The translations under genes and the position numbers were made by a program. From Octopus vulgaris (taxonomy: Eukaryota): a stretch of DNA of 64,000 bases. The stretch covers positions 173,042,001-173,106,000 of the forward strand of contig OX597817.1 in NCBI GenBank assembly GCA_951406725.2, in the 5' to 3' direction. Below, piece after piece: positions 13,768 through 25,753 of the stretch; the stretch's first letter is position 1, and every line of letters starts with the position of its first letter. Below the pieces are notes generated by a model. It was not told the origin of the DNA and ran no database searches. It saw nothing but the letters and a program-made list of their open reading frames with translations.

Positions 13768-14145
13768 GGTACAGGAGTGGCAGTGTGGTAAGTAGCTTGC
13801 TTAACAGCCACATGGTTCCAGGTTCAGTTCCACTGTGTGGCACCTTGGGCAATAGTAATCTACTATAGTCTCAGGCTGACCATAGTCTTGTGAGTGGATT
13901 TAGTAGACGGAAACTGAAAGAAGCCTGTCATATGTGTGTGTGTGTGTGTTTGTCCCCCCAACATCGCTTGACTATCAATGCTGGTGTATTTATGTCCCCG
14001 TAACTTAGCGGTTCAGCAAAAAAGGACTGATAGAAAAAAGTACTAGGCTTACAAAGAATAAGTCCTGGGGTCGATTTGCTTGACTAAAAGCAGTGCTCCA
14101 GCATGGCCACAGTCAAACGACTGAAACAAGTAAAAGAATAAAAGA
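13768..14145 (+). mobile_element. SINE family B, full length
   Basis: Same head, body and tail as the copy at 13053. Confidence 0.85.
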
Positions 14146-15656
14146 ACAGTGACTAGTGACAAAAGGGTCGATTTATTAGCTGGTCCAAAAGTACCCCATA
14201 GCTCTTGAGTCCCTTCAGTAAATTTCATTTTATTGCAATCATTCCAATTAAGAGCCCAGTCTGTAGATAATTCAACTTTTCGCTGTGTCACTTCCTAGTA
14301 TTGTATCCTACATGTTGTGGCTTCTTTTGTTCTTTCCTTCATCAGCCTGGAACGACCTACATAAAGCTATTTGTCTTTTCCATTCATTCACTGAATCGCA
14401 GATATGGTTGTGTGGTTTAAGACGTGTGTTTCACAACCATGTGGTTTCAAGTTCAATCCCACTGCATTGCACAGTGGGCAAGTATCCCCTATAACCCCAT
14501 GGCAACCTATGCCTTGTGAATGAATTTGGCGGGTGGAAACTGTGTGGAAGCCTAGTGTGTGTGTGTGTATGTGTGTATTTGTGTTTAATCCCACACCAAC
14601 TGATACCCAGTGCAGTAACTTAGTAATTTGGCAAAAAGAACTGGAGTTAGTTGGCTCAACTAATCCTTTCAAGAAGGTGCCCCAACATGGCTGTAGTCCA
14701 ATGACTGAATCAAGTACAACAGTAAAAGATAATACACATATGCATGCACACACACACACACACATGTGCGCATACACACACACATGCATCTTTTTTTTAT
14801 ATTTCAAATAATAATTAAAGAACACATTTTCTGACATTTAACTCTTCAGCATTCGGTTTACTTTGTCAGATGTAAGTCAATGAAATAAGTACCAGTTACG
14901 CACTGGGGTCGATGTAATCAACTTAATACATTTGTCTGTCCTTGTTAGCCCCCTCTGTGTTTAGCCCCTTGAGGGTAGTAAAGAAATAGGTTATTGATTC
15001 AAGTTGTTTTTAATTAATCATGCATTATTTTTTTTAGTTTTGAGATTTTGATGATTTGACTGTTTATTTTTAGAATGACATTGTGGGGTAAGTGTGAGAG
15101 GCCAGATCTGGCCAGGTTGAACATAAAACAAATAGAATATTACGGCTTGATATGGCTGGTTTTTAAATGTTAATGACTAATGCAATTATAGTGACGTAGT
15201 CCCTATTGGTTTTGAGTCAAATCAGCCGGAGTAAATCTGGAGAGATATGCATTAAAATGAAATTAAAATAGAACGTATCACTTTACTATGGTCTCTGCAT
15301 TAGATTTATTCCTTTATCCAATGTTTGAACCAAAAACAAACAACGAAAAGAATATGTAAAAAGGAAATAAAAATAGAAACATTTCAAATGTTTGAATGTC
15401 ATTCTTTCTATCGACCTCTTTTATTGAAACCAAGGATTTGACTAGCCATCCTGATACAGATAGAACAGCTGCCTATTGACTAAACACAACCCCCCCAAAA
15501 AATCAATAAGTACTACAAAGTCAATATTACATATAAAACTAGAGTATAACACTTAACTACATGGTTGTTATAAAGAGAAGGAAGTCATTAGGCGAGTATT
15601 TAGACAAACGGCCTTGATAGAGATGTTAAATCTGTTTCTCTAAGTAGTGATAGCAG

Positions 15657-15705
<49 letters not shown>

Positions 15706-15987
15706 TAATTCGTTTATTGGCCACAAGGGCTAACAAAAATCAAATAAAACATGTAAGGATAAGATACAGGACGAAAGTTACAAAAAGGGTTTTGTCCGTT
15801 TGAAAAGTCCGTGTAAAAATGCAAGATAACAACGAAAATATAACAATTAAAACTCCCAATAGGGGGAGGCGCTTCGAAAGGTTACTCATGGAAAAACCCA
15901 TAAAAGCCATGGGAGCCTGGTCAAAAGGGGGGGTAGAGAGCCCCTTTCTCCTTTTATATTACCTTTTTTTTTACAGGTGTATCCTCA

Positions 15988-15988
<1 letters not shown>
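15706..15988 (-). mobile_element. 5'-truncated LINE-like 3' end (possibly L1/Tx1-like) within (AAT)n
   Basis: Minus strand ends GCCCTTGTGGCCAATAAA plus (ATT)n; homologous to 25492-25655 (+). Confidence 0.55.
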
Positions 15989-16031
<43 letters not shown>

Positions 16032-16040
16032 GTAATAGTA

Positions 16041-16076
<36 letters not shown>

Positions 16077-17323
16077 GTTTCATGTTTTGGCACAAAGTCA
16101 GCAATTTTGGGGGAGGGTGTAAATCAATTACATCGACCCCAGTGCTCAGCTGGTACTTATTTCATTGACCCCGAAAGGATGAAAGGCAAAGTCGACCTTG
16201 GTGGAATTTGTATTAAGACTAAACAATAAGTTGGAATTGTTAAGTCAGCAAAAAAACAACTTTCTGTCCCCTACATAAGATCAATTCTCAGACTAAAATC
16301 CACTGCATTACTTCAGCAAGGATCTGGAATATGGCAGACAATAACAAAAAGTCTACAATGAATCCTGTCTGTGCTATTTCCTTTCCAATCATAGATCTTT
16401 TGCCAATAAGAACTTTGTGCAGCTGTGTTGTGGTAGTTTTTATTTGTTACAAGACAAAAAGATTCACAAGAGCCTGACAATTAATGGGTGGAAAACTAGA
16501 TCAAGTACTTTAATCGATGTAACTGATGAAGCTTTTGTATGATATGAATACAAACTTTCACAGGCAACAGTGTCAGTGTTATTAAAGTGTGTCCTATTTA
16601 TGGCGAGAAACCACTACAGGGGAGAGATTATTACTTGGTAATTGATTGAAATACATTCAACCTAAATTTAAAAGTACTTTCATTAATAGAAACAAGCAGC
16701 TAAAATGCAAAAACCATTCAATTGTTGTAGTAGATTATACTTTTATAGTGTATGAGAGGTTAATTCAATAAACAGCAATGGTTTTAGAATAATATCAATT
16801 CACTAGAGGATCACTCTCTATATTGTTTGCTTGTCCCTATGTTATATTTTGAATGGTTTATCCTTTGATAATCATCATGAGTCAAATTTCTAGCAATATC
16901 ATGAATATCATTGAACTTGGGTTAAACCATTAATTCTAATGTATGACTCCAATACACTTATCCTTTGTTGCACCAGAAGACATAGAAGTAACAAAACGGA
17001 AATGAAACAGAGATAGACACACAAAAGACAAAGTGAATAGTATAAGTTCATACTAGCAGTGTACGGAAACTCACTTCATGTGTAGAGATAGCAAACAATA
17101 AGTCTACTCTTGATTCACCTATTTGTATCATCCTTATATTCAAACCAGTTATCAACAATGGCAAGGTTTCGGTACTTTCTTGTAGCAGCAGGCAAAGAAG
17201 CAAAACACTCATTCATAGTTGTAACCAAATAATTGACTTGTTATAAGTTATTTTATCAAATCATCAATTAATTTTGAAGACAAGGAAGAATTTAATTTAA
17301 ATAACTTTATCATTATTAAGCTA

Positions 17324-17648
17324 TTGTGTCTGGGGAGAGTCATTTTCTTTTTGTGCCTTATTATGTAACACACTCACCAGTAAAATTTCCATGTTTTTCT
17401 TATTTTTATTGTCCTAAAATTTCCGTTGCGTCTTGCAACCTTTTCGATAGTTTTCGAAACTATTGAAAAGGTTGTAAGATGCAACGAAAATTTTAGGAAA
17501 ATAGAAATAAGAAATAAGTGGAAATGATATCGGTGAGTGTGTTACATAATAAGGCACAAAAAGAAAATGACTCTCCCCAGACACAATAGAATATGCTTCA
17601 ACACACGAACTCATATAAAGAATCTTGCAAACCAAATCCAAAAACGAA
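17324..17648. mobile_element. Fold-back insertion (PLE-like inverted pseudo-LTR) with a 12-bp TSD, inside a TTAA MITE
   Basis: 17321-~17455 is the reverse complement of ~17456-17589; ATTATTAAGCTA is duplicated at 17312-17323 and 17649-17660. Confidence 0.7.
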
Positions 17649-18140
17649 ATTATTAAGCTAGTGTTTGGAATATAAATCAGCCTGAAATTTCAATGGAAGC
17701 ATCAAAATTGAATTACTTTAAAACAGGGAATTTGTATTGTAGAAATAAGGAAAGTTTTAGGTGGGTTGTTATCAAAAGAGTTAACCTTTTTCATACCAAC
17801 TCACCTGAAATATTGATGTAACAAAAAAAAATGTTTAATAATGTTATCGACAGATTTGTTGATAAAACATTATTAAATTTTCATTTTAATTAGATTTACA
17901 CAGCTTTATTTCCAGAGTTGTTGAATTATTGTTTATGCTCACTTCACAAACATGTCAGAATGGCAACATATTACAACAGATCTTAAGTTATATAAGCTAC
18001 ATTTTGACTGTTAACTAGAAGATCAAGACAAGCCATAGACACCGCATAAAATTTGTACCATGGGTTTAAGTCACTTGCATGACTGGTTGAAGAAAAACAA
18101 ACATTCAATGCCTTTTGTAGTACCAATGATTTAGAGGGAG

Positions 18141-18307
18141 CAAAAAGATTGCCTTACAAGTAAGGCAAAAAGATTGTCTTACAAGTGAGGCAAAAAGATT
18201 ATCTTACAAGTAAGGCAAAAAGATTGTCTTACAAGCAAGGAAAAAAGATTGCCTTACAAGCAAGGAAAAAAGATTGCCTTACAAGCAAGGAAAAAAGATT
18301 GCCTTAC
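18141..18307 (+). repeat. 25-bp minisatellite, ~6.7 copies (MAAAAAGATTRYCTTACAAGYRAGG)
   Basis: Units start at 18141, 18166, 18191, 18216, 18241, 18266 and 18291. Confidence 0.95.
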
Positions 18308-18432
18308 TGCTATTTTTATACAGTTAATTTTAAAGGGATTTTCTTTAAAAAAAAGGACACAAAATCATTTCTTCTAACTCGATAACTGGCAGCTCCACAA
18401 GTAGAGCTAACATAACATGTGATGAAGCATTA

Positions 18433-19150
18433 TGGATCTTTTCTATTTGGCTGTACCTGTGGAAAATATTAAAGTTTATTGAAAAATTTTAAATTTGATG
18501 TATTGATGTAATTTTCCATGCTGAATCTCAGGAGCTAATTCATTTTTTTTCAGAAAATTAAAAAAAAGAAGTTACAAAGGTTTAAAGTTTGATCATTTTT
18601 ACCCAGTCAGAGAACAGGATTTGGAAGCTGTCATTTTGTGTATGGCTGCACGTGTTGTCAACTGTAAACAAATGAGATATTGCCAGAATTTTGCTTTACA
18701 CACACCATATAACCCCTCATAATTTCTATATTTTTTGTAATTTTCAGGAAATTTTTGCAAATTTGTATTCTACATATGGGAATTCATACAATTATGCAAA
18801 AAGCAAGAAAAAAATTTGGTGCATGATTTAAGGCCTATTTAGCTATCAATTTTAGCATATCTCATACCTCATGTGTTTTAAGCATTTAATAAGTGAAAAA
18901 TGGCAACGTGGGTAAGCAGCTTGGCTTGTTACCTTGGAAACAGGCACCTACATATCTGTGGCTTTCAATTGGTTAAAATTATCCCAAATTTGCAAACTTC
19001 AAAAGCTAACTCTTTATTTATTGATTTGTGGTGAAAATGAATTTTATGGCAATGATTACCATACAAAACTACATCAACTCACCAAATATGAAATCGATTG
19101 GAAAAAAAATTGAAGAAATTGAAAAGTGGCAGTCAAAGAGAAAAGCTCCA
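18433..19150. mobile_element. Non-autonomous TIR element nested in the Chapaev-type relic
   Basis: Imperfect TIRs TGGATCTTTTCTATTTGGCTG / CAGTCAAAGAGAAAAGCTCCA; lies between the two blocks of transposase homology. Confidence 0.6.
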
Positions 19151-21313
19151 GTACTGTTAATTTCAAATCCTTCCCATTAAGGACTCAACTCCACGGAAGA
19201 TGAAACAAACACTAATGAACTGGACTTTCATCAGGTTCTGAATACACGTCAAACGAAAGTATAAGTTGAAATCTTTCCACACAAGAAAGCTTTAATGATC
19301 TTGTAAAAAATCTAGAACTATTAAAGATAAGGCAAAACTTCTCATCTGCCATTTGAAGGAAAGACACCTACTCGATGAAAGCAGCAGTGAGTTACTATAG
19401 AAAGTGAAAATTTGATTTTGCAGTGTGTGTCAAGGTGAATGGCTTTTCCATTATTGTTATGTTATTAATGGATATTTTTACAAGTTTTATCTGAAAGGGA
19501 TGTTGTATGTGAATGGTAATCTTTTATAGATTCATCTCTAGGAAATTTAAAAGCTGGTTTATAGCATAAAAGAAATTTAAAGCCATCTGTCCCCATAGAG
19601 CATTCAATATATTTAAAAGAATCATATGTAAACATGGAGGTCCTTTTTAAAGTAGTTCAGTACAATCATTACCAATGGAATGTTTGTGGAGAGCTTAATG
19701 TAACTGCTATATTAATGGGTATGCACAGGGAATTCACTGAACAGTGATGCTTTTTATGTCTGTGATACAGTTGCAATATTATAGAGAATTATAATAGAAG
19801 AGAATGGTCAAACAGGGCTTCCGAAACACCTAAAAGAAATGATTTTCAATCAGTTCCTTTAATCGATCCAAATAAAAATATAAATGCCATCTCTTCACAT
19901 TAAAACTTGGTTTAATAAAGATATTTATAAAGGCCATGGGTAAAGAAAATTCAAGAGAATTTCCAACTCTCAGAAATATTTACTAAATTAAATGCTACAA
20001 AAATTAAAGAGGGCTCTTTTTCTTTATATCGGATTGCAAAACCCAGAGGTATTATAAGATAGAAGTTTTCATGAAACGTTAACAGTACCTAAGAGAAAAG
20101 CATGACATATTTTCAAATGAGTCTGTGCTAGCATCTTAAGAAATTAAGATACTACCCTCGTTGATGGGTAACCTGCAGCACAGCTTGCAGGGCCCATGTT
20201 TCATTCCACATATGTATTCTCATACAGAAGATGTGTTAACTAATCTAATTAAAAACTTATTTTATTTATTAAACCAACTAATCACAAATTGCAGCATTTA
20301 AATACAAAAAACAAAAAAAAACAGAAAAAAAGGTAGGGGTTAAGCAGAAGATGGAGGGGGAGGGTGCAATGAGCCACCCCCCACCCCCCAGAACAAAGGA
20401 TGAGCTCAGCCATGTCCCATGGAGAATGGCCAACAACTCTTGCAGCAGCAACTATTCCATCTCACGGTAAAATAATGCAAAGGTAAAGTTTGAACCGATG
20501 TTCTTTAGATCAATAGTCCAGAACAATGATTCTACTATAATCTCTGGTATATCTTTATATCTAATTAAGATTTTTTTTTCGTCTAAGCAATAAAGGCAAA
20601 AGCAAAACTTATCAACAAGTGATCTCTTTTACAAGTGGTACTAATTATAGTTGAACACTCATCGGCACATTTTGGAGGATTCCATTGTTGCTAATACGAA
20701 AAGCCTACCATAAATACAATCATTCATGGAGAAACTCAGATAATTGGTATTAGCAAGAGATATGACTAAGAGCAGGCTAATTGGAGATTAAGAGTCTTAA
20801 TTTGCATGTTGCTTTTCCATAACCTATGTCTACATAGAGAACAAAGAAAATAGGGAACAATGATGGTCATAATAATACTGGTGGTGGTGGTGGAGGTGGT
20901 GGTGGAGGTAATGAATCCCATATTAATAGCAATGTGAGATGCATACAGTTAGAATAAGGAAGGGTTTGAGAGTTTATGTTAAAGTGTTGCAAGGTGCAGG
21001 GCTGGCTGTGTAGCAAGAAGTTTGCTTCGTAACCACATGGCTCTGGGTTCAATCTCAGTGTGGCATCTTGGACAAGTAACTTCTACTACAGACCCAGGTA
21101 AACCAAAGCCTTGTGAGTGGATTTGGTAGAAAGAAACTGAAAGAAGCTTGTGGTGTGTATATATTTGATGTGTGTATGTGTGTTTGTCCACCACCAACAC
21201 TTAACAACCAGTGTTGGTATGTTTACATCCTCATAACTTAGCAGTTCAGCATAAGAGACTGATCAAACAGGCTTTAAAAAGATAAGTAGTGGAGCTGATT
21301 TATTCAATTAAAG

Positions 21314-21555
21314 CAGTCATTCTCAGCCATTTGGACTCCTCTGATTCCTATTATATTAGGATGGACCCTCATAACCATTCTTTGTTTAAAAAACCCTATT
21401 ATATTTTTATAATTAAATATTATTAGGAATTGGATAAAATAAATCATTAAAATATTTTGTGTACTGTATAAGTATAACCAAATAATCGCACATAAATTTT
21501 AGCAAAATCTTCTATGGACCCCCAAGAGCCATAAGACCCTGGTTGAATACCACTG
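21314..21555. mobile_element. hAT-like MITE nested in a family B SINE (~20993-21620)
   Basis: Imperfect TIRs CAGTCATTCTCAGCC / GGTTGAATACCACTG. Confidence 0.55.
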
Positions 21556-22280
21556 GACCAAAGCATTTCAAGGTGGTGCCCCAGCATGGCCAGTCCAATA
21601 ACAGAAACAAGTAAAAGTGAGATGATAAAAGAAGATACTGACAAATTGTTGGAAAGGCCACCAAATGGTTGAAGTTCTGAAGTTTGGTAGCAAAAACATT
21701 CTACATTAGAAGGGGGAAATGGTAATTGATATGTATATAATGTGACTACGTCTGAGTGTATATTCGTATGCAGATTATAATTGTGTGTTGTGCAAATGTG
21801 AGCGTATGGATGTGTGCATAATATCACATGGTTACTTGTCTGTGCATTTATGTGTATAAGTATATGAGTATCATATTACAAATTAAGGAAGCAATTAAGG
21901 AAGTGTGTATGAATCTTAGTGGTTATTGTCCGGTTAGTGGTTTAGTAGTTTTTTGTCTACTAAATATTTATGTTGTCTGTGTATTTGTTTGTAAATGAAT
22001 CAATTTTCCTGCAAGTATCTGTTTACAGGTTAATTTAGGTGGCTGACTTTGGGCTTTCGCTCCACCGAACACCACCATCTGGCTTCCCTCTGGGTATCAC
22101 AGCAGAGTCTAGTTTGATGCAAACATTCAGGACAATGTTCTGGTTTGAGGAAAACTTCATTTTTCCCACCCATGAAAGTCCTGAAAATGGTCGTGCACAT
22201 GGCCCTTCCTCCTCAGAGTAGGTCATTAAAAAAAAGTATGAGTCTGGCTGTTTACCCACAAGATACATTGAATGTATATA

Positions 22281-22963
22281 ATCACATAAAAACACCCATG
22301 TAGTGTCACATAAAAGTGCCCATGCAGTGTCACATAAAAGTACCTATGCAGTGCCACATAAAAGTGCCCATGTAGTGTCACATAAAAACACCCATGTAGT
22401 GTCACATAAAAGTGTCCATGCAGTGTCACATAAAAGTGCCCATGTAGTGCCACATAAAAGTGCCCATGTAGTGCCACATAAAAGTGCCCATGTAGTGCCA
22501 CATAAAGTGCCCATGTAGTGCCACATAAAAGTGCCCATGTAGTGCCACATAAAAGTGCCCATGTAGTGCCACATAAAAGTGCCCATGTAGTGCCACATAA
22601 AAGTGCCCATGTAGTGTCACATAAAGTGCCCATGCAGTGTCACATAAAAGTACCTATGCAGTGACATGTAAAAGCACTCATGCGACACCATGTAAAAGCA
22701 CCCATGCAGCGCCGCATAAAAACACTTATGCAGTGGCACATAAAAGTACCCATGCAGTGCCACATAAAAGCACTTGTGTAGTGCCACATAAAAGCACCCA
22801 GCACACTCTGTAAAGTGGTCGGCATTAGGAAGGGCATCCAGCTGTAGAGACCCTGCCAAAACAAACTGTTGGTGCAGCTCCCCAGCTTGCCAGCTCTGGT
22901 CAAACCGTTCAACCCATGCCAGCATGGACAACAGATGTTAAATGATGATGATGATGATGATGA
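22281..22963 (+). repeat. 24-bp minisatellite (~21 copies, CATGTAGTGCCACATAAAAGTGCC) fused to a SINE family D 3' end
   Basis: The array grades into GCACCCAGCACACTCTGTAAAGTGGTCGGCATTAGGAAGGGCATCCAG...(GAT)n. Confidence 0.9.
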
Positions 22964-23296
22964 TCTGATTCATTGAAATCTACTCAAAAGCAAGAGCAAA
23001 CATGTCACCAATTCCTCACGAACCACTGACCTCAAGATAATGGAAATCAAATGGTTAAGTAAATATGGTAGACATTGCCAGCCTTATCAACCAGCATGGA
23101 CAGACCTCTCCTGGTAAAGGATGTTTAGATCATTTACAAGAGCAACTCAAATACAAATAACCCTTCAGGTGATCTTTGAGCAAAAGCTCTACATTTGTGG
23201 CCCTGGATTACTAAAGCTCTCCTTGTCTGTGCTCATTCTGAAGTTAACAACTTTGTTAAATTGATTTTTAATCTATTGAGTAGAGAATTGGGAGAA

Positions 23297-23785
23297 GCAG
23301 CAGCAGCTGCCGTCCAAGAATTTGGACCTGGAGATCTCCATTTCCAGTGACTTCGAGGGCCACCTCCCAGTGGTATCGGGCATCAACAAAGAGCCATCGA
23401 CTACAACAAGACGACCAAAGTTTTTTTTTTTTCCAAGGTCTGGTGTCTCCCGTCCCTAACCCTAGACCATCACCTAATCACCTTTACCCGTCTTGTTGCC
23501 TAAGAAGAAGAAGAACAACAACAGCAGCAGCAGCAGTAGTAGTAGCAGCAGCAGCAGCAGCAGCAGCCGTCCAAGAATTTGGACCTGGAGATCTCCATTT
23601 CCAACGACTTCGAGGGCCACCTCCTAGTGGTGTCGGGCGTCAACGAAGAGCCCGTGACTACAACAAGACGACCAAAGTTTTTTTTCTAAAGTCTGGGGTC
23701 TCCCGCCCTTAAGCCCTAGACCATCACCTAATCACTCTTACCCATCTTGTTGCTTAACAACAACAACAACAGTAGCAGCAGCAGA
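23297..23785 (+). repeat. Tandem duplication of a ~195-bp GC-rich unit separated by triplet microsatellites
   Basis: GCCGTCCAAGAATTTGGACCTGGAGATCTCC...TCTTGTTGC at ~23309 and ~23566. Confidence 0.9.
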
Positions 23786-23959
23786 AGGAATGTTTCTCAT
23801 TCTCTCAAAATATAAAAATGTCTTAAGCCAACCCCAACATACAAAGACTTATTATTTTCCTGTGAAACAAACCAATCCATCTTCTCTTGCTGTTCACTCA
23901 TTTTTCTCTCTCTTTTGAATTCTGTACATTTGAACCATAGATTGGCAGTAGCGGCGGCG

Positions 23960-24400
23960 GCATTTCATCTTGTGTTCGATAATTTATTTGGTTTCCTTCT
24001 TGACCACTTCTTCCCCTCTGTCCGTATTTATGCCTCTGATGACTAATGAGGCCAATTCTTGCATGGAAGCGTCTGTTGCAAAGTTCATAGGGGATCCGTG
24101 GTGGAGGCTTTGGTCGTTGCAGCCTCATTTTCTTTCTTGTTGTTTCTCTTCCTCTGTCATTCAGCTTCAAAATGATTTGTCACAGTGGAGATGGTACGAT
24201 GCCAGCCAGGCCGGTCCAGAGCATCAATGTCCCAGGCTTTGGGATCGATTCCAGTCAGTTTTAGGCTTGTATCCTTGTATCAAAGGAGAGGATGGCCACG
24301 GAGTCTTCTTCCAGTGCACAGTTCACCATATAAAATTTGATGCAGCAGCCTGATTTCTTTCATCTTCTCTACGTGGCCCACCCATCACAGATGATAGGTA
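23960..24400 (-). pseudogene. RTE-clade LINE ORF2 C-terminal fragment
   Basis: Minus-strand WVGHVEKM..RLLHQILYGEL..GRR.RG..L*YKD and terminal CNRRFHARIGLISHQR motifs. Confidence 0.85.
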
Positions 24401-24856
24401 CTGAACTAGCAACTCAGGAGTTTTGAGTCTGAATTCTGTTCCAAAAGTTTTGTTATGTCACTGAGCTATGCACACACTTTAGATCATATGGAGAACAGGA
24501 ACCAGATTATTTGGAAATATAACCTATAGGAGAATAACCCCTCCAGTGTAAAATTTATCTCTTATCCAACTGATGTTACACAATTAAAGACAATGGCCTG
24601 TCTTGAAGCTCTAGGAGATATTTATCATTTGCCTTCAGCAATACCAATATTGGTTAACCAAATTACAGTTGATAGAAATTTGATGGAATATAAAACCCAG
24701 AAGTGTGAAGCTTCAAGAACTAATATTAACTGGATATTTAGAGGACGTGGAACTGGTCGATAACATTGGAACAGTTAATAACAACACCACTTTAAATTAA
24801 TACAATACGGTTTTAAGTTAAGCTGATTCAGATACAATAAAATATCTATATATACC

Positions 24857-25085
24857 TATTTCTTTATTACCCACAAGGGGCTAAACATAGAGGGGACAAA
24901 CAAGGACAGACATAGGTATTAAGTCGATTACATCGACCCCAGTGCGTAACTGGTACTTGATTTATCGACCCCGAAAGGATGAAAGGTAAAGTCGACCTCG
25001 GCGGAAGTTGAACTCAGAACGTTGCTGCAGACGAAATACCGCTGAGCATTTCGCCCGGCATGCTAACGTTTCTGCCAGCTCACCG
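24857..25085 (-). mobile_element. SINE family A (long-tail), full length, 11-bp TSD CTATATATACC
   Basis: TSD at 24846-24856 and 25086-25096; CpG-intact. Confidence 0.9.
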
Positions 25086-25096
25086 CTATATATACC

Positions 25097-25490
25097 GTTT
25101 ACATTTGTTGGAGCGGTGTCCTCATCTTAATTGTTGCTTTCACCATGTTTAGGCTGTGTACAATCCAACCTCAATCAGGTGTCTTGCAATTCACCTGAGT
25201 GCCTTGCCTCAGAGTGAACTCGGAATCTCTAGGTGACTGCATTGCATTAACCAAAGACTTTATCTGCTACATTATGTCCATAAGCAGTGACGGAGTGAAT
25301 TTTTAAGGCTTACAAACCTCTCTTGATGTCTTATGTCAACTCCATACCAATTGCATAATACAATTTTATATTTCTGAGACAAAGGATTTATATTATGTAC
25401 ACTATTCTCATTAGTCAGATTGGTACCCTCAACTTGATTGTTGCTTTCCCTATGTTTCAGCTGTTGTATGCTCCAGCCTTCTTCAGGTGT
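25097..25490 (-). mobile_element. Degraded tandem PLE-like repeat with two decayed hammerhead motifs
   Basis: Reverse complements CAC-CTGATTGA-GGTTGG..CAGCC-TAAACATG-GTG (25141-25182) and ACAC-CTGAAGA-AGGCTG..CAGCT-GAAACAT (25452-25490), ~305 bp apart. Confidence 0.55.
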
Positions 25491-25491
25491 T

Positions 25492-25680
25492 TTCTCCCCC
25501 TATTGGGAGTTTTTCGTTGTTATAATTTTTGATTGTTACACTGTTTCTACACGATTTTTTCACAAACGGACAAAACCCTTTGTAACCTTTCGTCCTGTTT
25601 TGTCCCTTTATGTAATAATTGATTTTTGTCAGCCCTTGTGGCCAATAAAAGAATTTATTATTATTATTATTATTATTATT
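25492..25680 (+). mobile_element. LINE-like 3' end with AATAAA and (ATT)n tail
   Basis: Homologous to 15706-15988; shares its terminal motif with the SINE A long tail. Confidence 0.55.
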
Positions 25681-25682
25681 AT

Positions 25683-25753
<71 letters not shown>

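Larger units (their letters stand above)
17930..20140 (+). pseudogene. Degenerate DNA-transposon transposase, Chapaev3 (CMC)-type
   Basis: Manual translation gives DQDKP*TPHKIC, SMPFVVPMI*REQKD..CYF, FIDSS..NLKA, PSVPIEHSIYLKESY, WNVCGEL, CFLCL and PSLHIK/LGLIK.F.KA, with many stops and frameshifts; family name is from memory of these motifs. Confidence 0.75.

Noticed and set aside
22039-22221. ORF beginning VADFGLS, resembling a kinase DFG motif after an AG
   Set aside because: No APE or other downstream kinase subdomains; the frame ends in a stop; probably chance or a TE fragment
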